Below are positions 26,401 to 40,931 of a DNA stretch of 64,000 bases, one piece after another. Position numbers and translations under genes: made by a program. The stretch covers positions 15,006,001 to 15,070,000 of the forward strand of contig NC_045698.1 in assembly GCF_009834535.1 (NCBI RefSeq), in the 5' to 3' direction. This DNA is from Camelus ferus. Its lineage: Eukaryota. Each line of letters opens with the position of its first letter. The first letter of the stretch is position 1. Under the pieces are notes generated by a model. That model searched no databases, was not told the origin of the DNA, and saw nothing but the letters and a program-made list of their open reading frames with translations.

Positions 26401-27862
26401 AAATTTTTGAAAATATCAAAATATGTAATTATTCGATTTGGCATCTGCTATTAATATGGACAGCTTAGTTTTATTTCACAAAGTTACTTTTCTTAATATA
26501 GTTTAATACATAGTGAGAAATTATTTTAAGAAATATTGTATATTGCAAATACATAATTACAGCATACTCAAAAGTTTAATGCAATGAAGATACAAGTAGA
26601 TACAAGATAATGCAACAATATCTTAACGTACAATATAAATTTCTGTAGTTTGTAATTTATGCAGCTGTGCTAAAACATATCTATTTCTTTGTGTCACTAT
26701 GATTATATATAGTTGTTTGTCCCTATTAAATGATTATTTCTAGCATCATAAGTTCATAAATCATAAATCTTGGGATGAGCAAACCTTATGGCTGACCTTG
26801 GAAGGCTGTGGGAACTTGCAGTCCTGTGGTGCACAGTGGCAGCAGTGTAGTGTCAGAGGGTGAGCTTTGTCATGAATGCTGGCATGGATGACAGGTGTGG
26901 AGACACCAGTATTAGACCTGGAAAAAGCTAAGTTGTTTAAATTGAATCATAAAAATTCTGTACTGTATTATTTTTTAATCATTTATACAGGAGTAGTAAA
27001 AGTGAAAAATGTAAAAAGAAAGGGAGGGAAACAAAGGGAACATAAACACAGCAGTCACGTAGCTGATCCTGTATTAAAGTTCCACATAATTTCAAATGAA
27101 TTGAAATGAAGAATGGCCTTCCAGACAGCCTATTTATTCAAATAGATGTGGGCCTTGAAACCTGTCCTCTTGCAAGACTTAGAATGAGCTGGAAATGCAG
27201 CGTCCCAGGAAGCGGGTCCTTCAGTCGCCTTAGGGTTGTGCTGCAGCCTGACATCAAGCATAACTGGGTCCTTTCATCTCTAACTTAAGAAAGTGGTCAA
27301 ATATTCTCTTGAGAGGAGTTGACCTGCCTTTATGTATTTTTAATATGAGAGTAACTTTGTACAAAATATTACCCTCCAACTTTGTAACTAAGCATCTAAA
27401 GAAGAATATACAACTTATAATTAAATAAATTCTACATGCTATCATCAATTTTTGCTGTTAGAAATGTGTGTTTTATACTTATTTCAAGTCCTAAATCAAT
27501 GTATACAGTTTAATTTTGGCAACAAAAATTCTATCTTTAATCTTATTCAGAGTAATTCCAAGATTTATCTATTAAAGTAAATTTAGATTTAAAATATTAA
27601 GATGTCAAGGATTTTCAACTAGTGTCTAATTTAATCTCTCCATCCAGAGCAAGTGCTCTATATTCATTTAATAATGTTTAGTTGCAAAATGTATTTGCCA
27701 TTATTATTATGATAAATACTATGTAACCTTTGTCAGAATTAATAATTTCTCACAGAGAATGGACCTAAAACAAAGTGGTATTTTACTAAATATCAATTCA
27801 TAAATATGCATGACTTTTAAGACTTTATGAGGCTTCTTATTTACATTAAAATAAAAAACAAA

Positions 27863-28140
27863 TGAAGAACAGCCTTGAAAATTCCCTAAGCAGACAAAAT
27901 CAGTTTAGTCATAGAAGCAAAGCTTAATTTAGCTTATTTTGCAAGACTAATTTGCTGTGGGCCATTTCTTGCTTATGCCTTTGGAAATCATAAGCAAATC
28001 TTAAACTGTTTGCCAAAATTGATATGAGGCAACCGCCATCCAATTCCCTATCATTTAAGAAAATTCTAACATTATAACCAGTCACTTTGCAGAATAAACC
28101 ATCATTGCCTTCTCACTATGTCAGCTACTGTGTAACAGCA
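27863..28140 (+). mobile_element. ERV1-class LTR fragment
   Basis: Starts TGAAGAACAGCCTTGAAAATTCCCTAAGCAG...AGCTTAATTTAGCTTATTTTGCAAG; LTR U3-like; truncated by the adjacent L1. Confidence 0.45.
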
Positions 28141-28149
28141 AATGGCAAT

Positions 28150-29680
28150 ATGCCTCAGTAGACTCTCAAAAACTGAAAAGCTAAGAGAAGAAACACTGTA
28201 GGGGAGAGGAGGGGACAGGCTATCCAAGGATTGTGGGAAGACTACATAAGCTGTAGCCCATGTAATGGGGATACCACAAGGAGAAGAAAGAAAAGAAGGA
28301 GCAATGGAAATATTTGAAAAAATAGTAGCTGAGAATTTCCCCCAATTTCATGTCATATACCAAACCACAGATAGAGTAAGCTCAGAGAATATCAGGCATA
28401 ATAAATGCCCCCCACCCCAAATCACAGTATATCATGTTCAAAATAGAGAAAATCAAAATAAAGAAAAAGTCCTGAAAGAAGCTGGGTTTAGGGGAGAGCA
28501 TGTTACCTATAGAGGAACAAATATAAGAATTACATCTGAATCTTCTCAGAAACCATGCAAGCAAGAAGAGAATAGCGTGAAATATTTAAATTTTGAGATG
28601 AAAGTTAATTATATAAATGTTGAGAGAAAAATCCATCAATCTAGAAACCTGTACCCAGTGAAATTAGCCTTCAAAAATGAGGTAGAAATAAAGACTTTCT
28701 CTCACAAACAAAAATTAAGAGAATTTGTTGTCAGTGGACCTACCTGGCAAGAAATGTTAAAAAAAAAAAAAAAGTTATTTGGAGGAAAGAAAAATACTAT
28801 GGTCAAAAAGTCAGATCTACATAAAGTAAAGAACAGCGTCAAAAAAGGAATAAGCTACAGTAAAATTTTAAAGAACTAATTCTTATCATAATTGATCTAA
28901 CATAATAGTTTACTCAAAATAATACCAACAATGGATGAATTATGCAAACTTATGTATATATCATACAATTAATGCCTATGAATTTCTAAATATAAGTAGA
29001 ATGAATGACAGTAAAGACATAAGGTTCAGGAGGAAAGAATTAGAATGATTTTATTAGCATTAGATAATCACATTACTGTGAAGTGGCATAGTGTTTGAAG
29101 ATGGACTTGAATTAGGTGTATATGTATATTGCAAACTCTAGGGCAATCACTACAAAAATTAAAAAAAAAAGTATATCCTACTTCCTAAGAAAAGAAAAAA
29201 TATAATCATAAAAAAATGCTGAATTCAAACCACAAAGGCAGAAAAATAGTGGAAGACAGAAATAGGGGCAAAGAAGGGCAACAAATAGAAAAAAGTAATC
29301 AATATAGTAAATATTAATCCAACTACATTAGCAATCACTTTGAATGTCAGTGGTCTAAATGCATGAATTAAAAGATATAGATTGCCAGAGTGGATCAAAA
29401 GACAAGATCTAACTATTCATCCTTTACAGAAAACCCACATTAAAATATAAAGACATTTGTAGATTAAACGTATATTCATGAAGAAATAATATGTCATGCT
29501 AATAGTAATCAAAAGACAGCAGGAGTAGCTATATTAATTTCAGACGTGGTAGACTTCAAAGCAATAAAAACTGTCAGGGATAAAAAGGGTATTACATAAA
29601 AATAAAGGAATCAATTCACTAGGAAGACATAATAATTCTTAGTCTGCTTGTGTCTAGCAATAGAGCATCAAGCTATGTGA
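28150..29680 (+). mobile_element. LINE-1 fragment: ORF1 3' half, long inter-ORF spacer, start of ORF2 endonuclease
   Basis: ORF 28265-28879 has L1 ORF1p motifs (GIPQGEER...IFEKIVAENFP, KEKVLKEA, TYRG..IRITSE, LYPVKLAFKNEVEIKTF..KQKLREFV); ATCACTTTGAATGTCAGTGGTCTAAAT near 29334 is the ORF2 EN start (ITLNV.GLN). Confidence 0.9.
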
Positions 29681-29749
29681 GTAAAGGGGACCATGGCTTT
29701 ATAGCCCAAATTTTACCAGCCATAGGACATAGGCTCCCTCTCCTGGAAG

Positions 29750-29900
29750 GCACATGCTTTGGTCTATGCACCTTCTTAAGCTAAAGGCTGTTCCTGGCAA
29801 AGAATTCAGCTACGAGCTGTCAGCCACATTCCCAGCTGCAGGGTCACTGAAGGACTCTGTCCTGAAGGAGAGCTCTTGCTGGTCCACTGCAGCCAACCCT
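29750..29900 (-). mobile_element. ERVL-class LTR fragment (LTR16/LTR33-like)
   Basis: GAATTCAGCTACGAGCTGTCAGCCACATTCCCAGCTGCAGGG...GTCCTGAAGGAG. Confidence 0.45.
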
Positions 29901-30637
29901 GCATGTGCTTTTGATAAAGTGGTAGAACATATTCCTAAAATAACTTTTTCTCTATTGGTAGACATTGTAACTTTCATGTGAAATTGGATTATGGACAAAG
30001 ATTAAGAATTTGTTATTAAAATTAGATTTCTTGATATGGCCTTTTTCTAGCTAGGTGTTCATTTGGACAGAAAATAATACCAGGGGGCCTATTATTTGCC
30101 AGTCTTTATTACAATAAGATGTCTCTCAAGTAGTACTTCAAGTATGCATAAGGGTTAGCCTTACTCTTGGCAAGAGATAAATTAAGTGCCTTAAAGTGTA
30201 TGCTGCACTGAGATTATTGCCAGGGCCCTAGTATTCTGTGCACAGCTGGTAATGCTCTGTTAAAATGTTGCATTTGTCCTCCATTTTAAAAGCACCAGTA
30301 GTGCAAAACCTGTCACGCACCTTAATTTGCCCTACTCTTAATGCAATTAAGTAATTTAAATGAAATTAATACAATTAATTTAATAATTGTGTTGACGTGC
30401 ACAGCTTCATTATATCATGGAACCTATTTTGCAAAACACATCTGGGTTTTCAACTTTTCTTAAATTATTAAAACATTTGTAGTTATAATATGAGACTATT
30501 TTCATTTGTTAAGAGATTTTGTTGTTTACACAACATCAAATTCCCTGCTTTTAGACCAAAATTAAAGCAGTAGTTGTGTCTTTCTTTTTTTCTTCAGGTA
30601 TTTTCATTAGAGATTAAAACTATTCTCTTAATTTTAC

Positions 30638-31330
30638 TGATTATCTATTACTGTGTAATAAACAACCCCAAGACATAGCTACTTAAAGTCACAACCTTTT
30701 TTTTTTTTCACATCACACAGGTTTGCAGATCATTGATGTAACACAAAGAATTAGGTTGTTAAATCAGACTCACAGATGTACATCTTAATTGAGCTTGTGG
30801 TTACTAATAATTTAGTCAATGAAGAGACTCAGGCAAAGCCACCAGAGCTCTAGGACATCAGGGACTGTTTCCTGGTCCATTATGCTCACATCCAACATGC
30901 AGAAGGAGCAATGAACTAATAAAGCATTTCCAATTCCTTTTTGGAGGAATTGTTTGTCATACTTGACAATCTCTGGGGATCTGTGCCTCAAAAATCCACA
31001 GATCCTAAATTTATCTACCATAGATAACCCTTAGTCAGGATTATCCATCTAAGGGCATTCTCTCTATATAAGGGCAACTCTTCCTCTTAGCAAATACCTC
31101 CTTTTCTTTTCCACTTTGGGTTGTCTTCTCAGCATCAGTACTGAACAAATCACAAGCTGAACTGCTTTAAATCCTTCTTGATTTTGGGGATGCTAAGCCT
31201 GGTATGGGTATCTTGCCACTTCTGTTATATTCAATAGGTCAAAACAGCTACAGGTCACTCAAGACTCAAGGAAAGGGAAAACTGACCTCAAAACTCAATG
31301 AGAGAAGTGCTAATGAGGGACTTTAATTTC
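30638..31330 (-). mobile_element. Old MaLR LTR (MLT1F-H-like) with unassigned sequence in the middle
   Basis: TTATCTATTACTGTGTAATAAACAACCCCAAGACATAG at the start; CCACTTCTGTTATATTCAATAGGTCAAAACAG...AGACTCAAGGAAAGGG near the end. Confidence 0.5.
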
Positions 31331-31564
31331 ATCATATTTATACTTAAAGTGAGATGGAATAGTTTGAATGACTTCTTATGATGAATAACTTCTGCTATAC
31401 TAAACCCTGCTAAGTGTATTAAGTACATGCTAATTAAGATTAATTTTAGACCTGATATCTTTTAGAGCAATATATTTATGAGTGCACATTGTGATTAGTA
31501 TAACTGTCTGATCCATTTCTAGGGAAGGCAAATATATATTGCTTTTACAACATTCTTTTATGTA

Positions 31565-32720
31565 CCCACTCATTTTTTAAAACAGTATGTCAGGAGCACC
31601 TACTATGTAACAAGAATTTTGCTGGGCAGTGAAAATACATTTTATAATGAATAGAGCTTTAATTCTGTGCTTATTGTCTGGTAACGTGCAATGAGTGGAT
31701 GGCAATTTGTAGTATTATGCGATATGCATCATAACGGAGATACGAAAGATTTTAAGTACACAAGAGTGAAGTCTAACTTGGCTTGTATTGTAAAAGGCTT
31801 TTCAGTGGAGTTCGATATAATTAACAGTTTTCCAGTTTACAGAAGCTGTAAGGATTAGAATACAAGTAGAGGGGAAATCTATAATAAACTGTATTTAGAA
31901 CTGATTTAGAAGAACGATACAGTGGGACCCGGGTGAATACAGAGATCTGAGATTGGAAAGGGAAAAGGTGGCAAACCAAGAAATCACAATTTACAGCAAT
32001 ATTAAAGCAGTTTACATTCTGTCTGACTCAGTGTGGACTCATAGAACCACGGAAGCAGTGGCTTCATGGAAACTACATTGTACAAACATTCCTTGAGCTT
32101 TATCATGGAAAGGGTAGATATTAGAGACGTGAAGTGAGGTAAAAACGAAAATGAGAAAGAGCTTTAGGAGGCAGTTTCGTGTAATTCTGGTGAAAACAAT
32201 AACCTAAATGAAGAAGATGTTTCTTGAGAGATACAGACTGGGACATATGGTAGACTAGACAGATCTGAGTGTTTCATTACTGATTACATATAATGATGAA
32301 GAGAAGGGTTCCAGATTTAGGGCTAGTGTTCTGGCGTTTTTGGTGATGATTCACTTTTCTGGTATTTCAGGCAGAATATATCATGATATTAAACCTATTT
32401 TGTAGTTATTAGTACTGAGGTCCCAGTATAACACCTAGTAAGAAATTGCATAAAATGTTTAGGATATAAGGAAAACACTTCGTTGGGAGATGCAGAAGAG
32501 CTATCAGCAAAGAGATGATGACTGAAGGCACAGAAATGGATGAGAATTCAGGCAAAGTGAAGGTGGATAAGGAAGGGAGGACCAGATGCTAAGGTCCTGG
32601 AGATGTTGACATGTAGGGGACAGGCTGTGCCCTAAAAAGGCAATCAGAAGTCTGTCTACAAAGGCAGGATGGAAAACAGAATGCATAGCACCAAGGAAAT
32701 AAAGGAAGAAGGCATTTCAC
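31565..32720 (-). mobile_element. L2 antisense, degraded
   Basis: GAGCACCTACTATGTAACAAG...TGCTGGGCAGTGAAAATACA (L2 3' end antisense); G/A-rich body to GCACCAAGGAAATAAAGG. Confidence 0.6.
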
Positions 32721-35469
32721 ATTTAATTTAATATTTATTTTTAAATCAAGTGGTAAACATATTCACTTGTTAATGGGAAAATTGGTAAGAGGAACAAGAC
32801 TGCAATTATTTATTTGGAGGGATTTGTACAAATGGTTAAACAGTTGAAAACCAGAAGAAACATCTACTGGATAAAGTTAATCTGTTAGTGGGAGGGCCAG
32901 CTATTATCATGTTAATATCTGTTGGGGGAAAAATCCATATAATTCATTAAAATATTTTTACAAACCAGACCTGTTGGAATATTGTACATGTAACTTAAGA
33001 ATTTAATAAGGAATATAAACATGGAGGAATAATTATGTCTCCAGTGATTTAAAGAGCTGATGTCAGTTTCTATATAATTTGAACAAAAGGCATAATCATA
33101 CAAATCCCTACTCAAACTGATAATTTTCCTTTGTTTTTGTTTTTCCATCATTGAAATCTGACTATAAAAATGTTTTGGGAAACCTCTTTCATTCAATAAA
33201 GAAAGGATTATGGATATATTCAATTAGCGTCTATATTTCTACCTCCTTATTTCAATTAGCTACAATATGCATATGAGATAATCTAGTCATTTTCCTAATT
33301 GCTGAGAATTTTCAAACTGTCAGTATTATAAATAAAATTGAATTGATTATTTTCTTATATAATTTTGCACGTATGTGTGGTCATTGCTATCAGGTAAATT
33401 ACTGATAGCAGAATTGCATAGTCAAATCGTAAGATGATCATGTATCAATTAATACAACTATCAACGCACTGATAATGTATTCAGATGTGTATATATATAC
33501 CTCTCAAAAATAATGTATGTATTTGAAAATGGGGAAATCATTCATTATTTATCTCTCTTATCACAAAAATGAAAAGATACTAACAAGTACTGCTTGCTTT
33601 AGATTTTAAAAAGACAGAAAGAGAAAAAGAGAGAGAGAGGAGGTAGAGGGAAGGAAGAAGAGGAGAATGTTCAAGTTTCCCTCTTGAAATTTACCTGATT
33701 TAAGTCAAAGTACAGGAACTTGACCAATCTGTGATGTCACAAATAATCATAAAATAATCATGAAATTGATAAACCACAAAACAGGTACAAAGAGAAAAAC
33801 ATGATTTGATAATATGAATGTAGTCACTCTTACATAAAGCTATGAGATAAATCACAATTCAATTCAGGGCACTGAATAAAGAGTTTCTCTTCTCAGGCTA
33901 GAGGCACACCTTGTACTGCAATTTTGAACTGAATTATTTTCTACTCACCTCACAGCTAACAGAGTTGAAAATTAAGTGAATTTCAAGTGAAGTCAGGTGA
34001 AGTCGTTCCATATTCATGATTTAATGCCTACCAGACAGAAATAGGATTATTTAAATTAGAATTTTGAAGAGCATAATGGAGAACTATATTAATGATTTGT
34101 GAAAAGGGAGCCAACGGTTTGAAATTGACATGAGTAAATAATGTCTTGTGAAAACTTGGTTCTCATATGGATATTTCTATAGAAGATTATATTGACTGAA
34201 ATTATAACCTATGCTTAAAGAAAAGATTCATCGAGAAATGTAAGAAAAAGGTAATTAACCTATACCAGCCAATTTATTTTAATTGCATTCATCCTTTCCA
34301 GTTTATAAATAGGTATTCTGAGATGCTTCTTTCATTTTAAATTGAAAGCATTGAGCATGCAATCTTAAAGGCATCATTTTGCAATATTAACAGCTCAGTG
34401 ACTTTGTTTTTAACTTTTTTCTATTTTAATCCCATGTAAATAAAGCATGAGACATTATACCTGAAAAAATTTATGAGAATACATTGATTGAAAGCTACAT
34501 TACATATTATATATAAACATATTATACATTGTATATATAATATATAACTACTTTGAAACATAATACATATTTTTATGTTTATATAGTTAATTAAAGGTCA
34601 GTGACATCAGTTCCAATATTTCTTCAAACACCTCTTCTCTTCTAATACAAAACTACAAAACTTAACTCCTTTATCCCTACTATGTTAAAATGAGTCTTTT
34701 GGATTGACCTCATTTTAATTATCCATTAAAATTTTAGTGCTATGAAAAAAGAGAAACTACAGCCAATACTTCAGGTAAAATTGCATGTATTTACATATTT
34801 TTCATTAAGTGAAATATTTATAAAGTCATTGAGAATTTGGGAAATACAGATTAAAATAAAATAAAATAAAACAAATAAAAGAAATAAAACAAAGGTTATT
34901 AATATTTCCTTTATGAAACATCATTATGAAAACATCAATTTGATGCTTGTTTTTCCAATCAGTATTCCTGACAGTGCATGTGTTTGTGTAGGCATGGAAT
35001 TAATTTTTTAAAACTTCAGTCATTTTGAACAAATAATGTATATTTAATTATATTACTTGGCAGTGTATTCATTATATTTTTACATGCCTTCAAATGTTGA
35101 CTGAAAACATGCTTTTAATAATTACATAATATCAATACGCATACAGGTCATTTAATATGGCATGACTAAGTTCTGAATATTTAAGTTGTTCAGAAATAGT
35201 GTGTTGGTCTAGATATTATGGAAACAAAATGACATAGTTGTAGGGAAGGGAGGTAACCCTTAGTTTGTAGAATTACACCTCTGCCATTAACGATTATTTG
35301 GGAATATTTTGTTTCATCTTCCTATGAAAATTGTATTATTCCTTGGCAACAATTTGTATGCCTATATTTCTAGACAAGTATAGAGCTCTTAATAATAGCA
35401 ACTAATCTACTTGTTTGTCTCCCAATCCGGAACACAGGGTTCAGCATATAATTTTCATTTATGCAATGA

Positions 35470-35752
35470 TGATTTCTCCCCACTTTAATGAGATATAATT
35501 GACACAATGCATTGTGTAAGTTTAAGGTGTACAACCTGTTCATTCGATACACTTACTTATTGCAATAGAATTACCACTATAACGTTAGCTAATACCTCTG
35601 TCACGTCACATAAATGTTACTTTTGTGTGTGTGGTGAGAACATTTCAAACCTACCCTCTTAGCTACTTTTAAGTATATAATACAGTATTATTAACTATAA
35701 TTATCCTGTTGTGCATTAGATCCCCAAAACTCATTCATCTTACAACTGAAAG
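35470..35752 (-). mobile_element. LINE-1 3' UTR fragment (L1MA9-like)
   Basis: GAGATATAATTGACA...AAGTTTAAGGTGTACAAC...GTGGTGAGAACATTT...TACAGTATTATTAACTATA...CATTAGATCCCCAAAACTCATTCATCTTACAACTGAAAG. Confidence 0.85.
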
Positions 35753-36144
35753 ACTTTTAAATGAAGTGAGCTATCTGTAAATAGATCAGTAATTAGAAGG
35801 GCTCTAATCATGTACACCTTGGCTGCAACCAATAGTGTGGTACAGCATTTATTTTCTATAGGACAAACTTATGAATAAATTATCTACAAAGAGATTAAGA
35901 TCTTATGTAAATTTATGGTATGATGTATTTGACTCCCAGGCAAGGTCATAGTCTATGCAATTTTTTTTCTGATTTATAAGATAGCATAACAAATTGTCTC
36001 ACGCTCTTCTATGTGTAAATCACATTCATTTTTATTTAATTATAAAATCAATTTGGTATAAGACAAATCCAGTAAGCGCTGCAGAGAGTGTGATAGAATA
36101 TCATATTAAAACACTGAAAGTCAAATAATTACCTTTTCTTTGTG

Positions 36145-36310
36145 CTTTGACACCCTAGCTAATCCTTCAACCATTCTGTCCTTATCCATAAGAACATAAT
36201 GGTAACATTTATCTCTCCTACTTCACAGTGATTTTGTTAGGGTCAGATGAGAGGATATCAGTGAGTATAACTGTAAAATGTAACAGTGTCTATAAATGTG
36301 CTATTATCTT
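36145..36310 (+). mobile_element. MIR/MIR3 SINE
   Basis: CCTACTTCACAGTGATTTTGTTAGGGTCAGATGAGA...TGTAAAATGTAACAGTGTCTATAAATGT. Confidence 0.55.
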
Positions 36311-39078
36311 CATTTGTTAAATTCAGGGTTTAGATTAACTTAGCAGAGTAACTTTAATAGGTAGAATTTAAACTCCTTGTAATTCTTAGCTTTACTGTGG
36401 AATTATATAAATTTTTCAAATGCAACGAATATAATGTTTTCTTTTTATTTTATTTAACTGACACAGTAAATGACTTCTGCATACCCTTGACTTTTAATAA
36501 TGATGTTGGAAAAGCTTTGGGAACAGAAAGATTTTTTTTTTTATTTATCTATATGTTTTGTGCTCAAATTTCTTGAGCAAGCATGGGAGAACTATTAGGT
36601 CTCGGCATGCCTGCCAAAAACAAATGCTGTGCCAATTACTCATACTTAGATTACTGTTATTCCTACTTTGTGATATTGCTTAATCATTCTGATAAAATCT
36701 AAAAATGTAAAAAATACATATATAAAAATACTTGCATGAATAAGGCCAGATGACAAGGTTATATTTGACATCATCAGTATTATAAGAATAGAAAAAAAAA
36801 AGAATTGTGCTGGTGTGCTTCTCTGTGATGTCTTACTGAATGAGATGCACACTACCAAGTAAAACTTAATCAGAGCTAAATTGCTGAAATTTTACACTGA
36901 TAGCAATGACCAAGAACCAAGGTAACAGAGAAACATTGAATAGGATAGACAATGAAGATCTTGACCTTGTTTTACCTGAGTACATACTCAGTGAGGAAGG
37001 GAACAAGTCACTTAGTAGACAGTCTGTTATGAAATGAGTTAGGTTATACCATGAGGAATCAAAATTTGAAAACAAGTGTGAATATTCAGGTGACTAGATA
37101 CAGAAATTTAAGAAAAATCATATTGTATAAAAACAAAATTTATGGTGAAAAACATGCTAATCTTGCAGCAACTTAAAATACGTTGAAAATTTATTATTAA
37201 AAATATTGTTGCTAAAACTACACAATTTATACTACTAGTGAAACCACTCTGGCTTAAGGCTATATTCTTCAAAAATATAATAATTTCTGAGAAAAAATAT
37301 TTAAGGGTGTTCAACACATTGTAACAGTTTTTGGATGCAAATGCTACGGGCACATGAATTAAAAAGTTGCAGCTCATGTTAGGAAAAGCCAACATCTGAG
37401 ATATTTAAAGGGTATAAACACGTTAGATGAGCATTTTTATGAAAACATAAAAGCATGGGTAACAAGTGAAATATTTTCTAGCTTCTTGGACCAATAGCAA
37501 CTATTATAGGCAAAATGGGTGGGAATAAATGTAAAATTTTATTATTTAAAAAAAACTGCCCACACATTACCTTCTAATTTTGCAAAGTGTGATCTTTTCA
37601 GAAGCAACTTCCATGCAGTGTAAACCTATACTAATACTGCTTGGGATCTAAGAACTTATCATCTATGAATGACATATATAATCACTTTGATTGATTGATT
37701 GATTGCTACAATTAAGAGATTTATTGGTCCAAGACTTCATAAAAGTTTTTAAGAATGCTACTAACCCAGTTACTCATCATGGTGTGATGGGCCACCCTGA
37801 GCAGATGCCTGGTACAGTCTTTAGCACTTACTGATGTTTGAGAATGAACTTTTAAACTTTCAAAGGATTTTGTGTTGCTGAGAAAATCATTTAAAAACCC
37901 TGCTAAGTATGTCAACGTTTTTCAGCTGAAAGTATAAAATAAGTTAGACTTAGCTAACATCTAAAGCACGGTACACATTTAAAAAGTATTGCTTATGCAT
38001 TTCTTGAGAGAGAGTGAAATTGCTGAATATGGGGTTAAAATAGCAATGAAAGAGGACAGCAGTGATGCTAGGCACGACGTGAACTATTTGAAAAGAAATA
38101 CCTTTGGCATGATAAAAATATGTGCTCATGTAATCTTTGGTCTCGAGAATCCAGATAGAAATTTATGTTAATGAGGAAGATGCCATTGGAAGAGGTCCTT
38201 ACAAGGACTCTCCTGCACAGATTTAATGATTAGGGACCTTGTATCTTTCCCATCATCAAATGTCCAGTTCTATCAAGATGGTGAGTTTAGGGGGCAAGAG
38301 TGATTTACCTTTTTTTCAAAGACTCAAATAACCAGGGGATAATTAACACTTATTGCATGTGTACAAGTATTTAGTTTACTTTTTAAACACTGCTCTTAGA
38401 AATAACATAAACTATATTAGCTATAGTCTATAATTATCCTGTATATTTTTATAAACTTAATATTCAACAAGTAAATATTAAATAAACTATAATACTATTC
38501 GTAGTCTTAAGAAATGACATTTAGTATAAATATTAATGTTTTTGATTCTGAGTAATGCTTCACACCCCACTTGATCTTTTTCTAATACATGACATATGTA
38601 CTCCATTAATATTTTAGGTAAAACTGAATTCTGAAAAATATCTTGACCTAAATATTTTGGATGAAGAATGTTGAACTAGTATCAGATAACTAGTTAATTT
38701 ATACAAAGTATAGGTGAGCCCAATAATTATTTCCCTCAAACATTTAGCATAATGATATATGTATTTCACATGACACACTTAAAAAAAGGATAATACCGTG
38801 TGTTTGTTAATTGGAAATATGTATGTATGATATTTCCCAAATATTGTACTCATGTTATTATTCAGTTTTGATTTGTCACCCATTATTTATTTTCTCATAA
38901 ATGAATGTCTGTTTTCCTAAGTTGCTCCTGAAACTTAAACCTCTTTGAAGTGAATAGATGATGAATATTAAATTCCTATGGCATTCTGAAAGGTAGTGTT
39001 TCAATAGTGATAATACTATGCAAGAGTGTTGATTTATATTATTTTTTTGTATCTTAGAAATATATCATTCATCCTCTT

Positions 39079-39222
39079 TTTTTAAACTTTTAATTTTTTC
39101 AGTTGCTTTAATTGGGGGGAAATTAGATTTATCTATTCATTTTAATGGAGGTACTGGGGATGAACTCAGGACCTTGTGCATGCTAAGCACATGCTATACC
39201 ACTGAGCTATACCCTCCCCTCC
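39079..39222 (-). mobile_element. tRNA-Ala-derived SINE (camelid Vic-1-like) with 13-bp TSD
   Basis: + strand shows GGAGGTACTGGGGATGAACTCAGGACCTTGTGCATGCTAAGCACATGCTATACCACTGAGCTATACCCTCCCC, the antisense of the family at 6072; TSD CATTCATCCTCTT (39066-39078) / CATTCATTCTCTT (39223-39235). Confidence 0.9.
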
Positions 39223-40931
39223 CATTCATTCTCTTACTTACAGATGTGTATTAAGGTCATGTAAGAGTATGTGTATGTGTACAATTTAGTCATGTTATGA
39301 AATCCATAAGTCCAAATGCTGTAAAATATTGTAAGAATATAATAAACATAAGAATAATACATAATATATAACATACAATATCATATATCAAGGGAACGTT
39401 ATAAGAATATATTACTTTTTTCTTCAGCTCTTAACAATACTGCCAACATATTTGATGCTGGGTCTGGATGTGTATGTTTTTAATTTTTACTATTATGAGA
39501 ACTTTATGTTTAATAATTTTTAAATGACTATGCACAAGAAAAGTATTAACATAGTTCTATATTTTAATATCTAAATGTATTATTTAAATATATTTTATTA
39601 GTAGAATTTCAAGAGATTTAATGAACAACTTTAAAGAACCAAGAGTTATTTATCCTTGCTTGAGTTGTGGTGGTCTGTAGGAAGTGGTTCCCCCTCTGGA
39701 AATGAAAATATTATCTTACTAGAGAATAATAATCTACACTTTAAAATTCATCTTTATGAAATTTATGTCCTCTTATTCATATTCTGTATGCAAACTATAT
39801 TGCAAAAGGGGCTGATTATTATGCTAAAATTTCTGTCCTCAAGGATCTCATCAGCTCTGGGAAAATAAGTAGAATATTGACTGTAAGTTATTAAAAGTTT
39901 GCTGCCATAAAAATCTCAGATGATAGTTTGGAAAAAAAGATGACTATTTCCAACTTGAGTTTGCATGTTGGAAAAAAAGAAGCAACTGTAACTACCTCTC
40001 CTTTGTCTGTACACCAAATTTAGAGTTTCTCTTTTTTTACCCAAGAGAGCCACAGATTCTGCACCTCCCAATTCCAAGAATTCCTTTTGAACCCTCAGGT
40101 GACAAAGAAGGACTGTAAACACAGTTCAAAAAGGTATTTGAAAGGGAAAATTTAAAATTTACATTTGAAAATAGCTTCAAATATATTGCTGGGAAAATAG
40201 TGAAGTCACACTATTCAGAGTAAAGAAAAGTGTGGTAATATAAAGAGTTGTAACTAGGTCAGGTGAGTAAACATTAAACTATGTGTATGTGTGTCTATGT
40301 CTATTTCTCTGTCGCTCTCCACCTCTCATTATTTCTTCACTGATTTATGGCAATTTATAATGGTCATACTCAAAAGTTTACTTAACTGTGAAGCTTAATT
40401 AACAAATTCTTTTTATTATTTATTTTTAAGTTTTGATTTTTGCCATTATTTATAGATGTACCTAAACAGGTATGGCAGAAACCAGTCATAGGTCATCTCC
40501 ACAAAATCAGAAATATACTGATATTATCAAATCAATCTAATGGAGAAAATATATGTCATTCAAATGTGTGTGTATATATACAATTAATGCATTATATATA
40601 AATTATTTATTTATATATAAATTATATGTAAAATACATACATTAGTATGATTTTATTTAATTACTCGTATCTAATATCCTGTATTATCCTAAAAAGAAGA
40701 TGATAATTCATCAGTACACAGGAGTGTACTCTTTCAGTTTATTATTATTGGTTTAAGATGATTATGTTAAAATCTGTTTTGAGTAGTCGGTACGTTTGTA
40801 ACATTGGTTGGTAAATACTGTGTATGTACTTGATATCTGAAAACAAATCAATTATCTAAAATTTTCTGCTTCAGATTTTATAAAAAATAGGCTCATTCAT
40901 TGACTTCTTGATGCCTGATTGTTTGTGACCA

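Noticed and set aside
28265..28879. Longest ORF (204 aa) as a host gene or domesticated L1 ORF1
   Set aside because: It is a partial L1 ORF1p with stretches that look out of frame and a poly-K from an A run; the neighbouring ORF2 is broken, so the open frame is probably chance
33944..34045. Minus-strand exon-like segment with a strong GAG|GTGAGT donor
   Set aside because: All three frames contain stops and there is no supporting exon context
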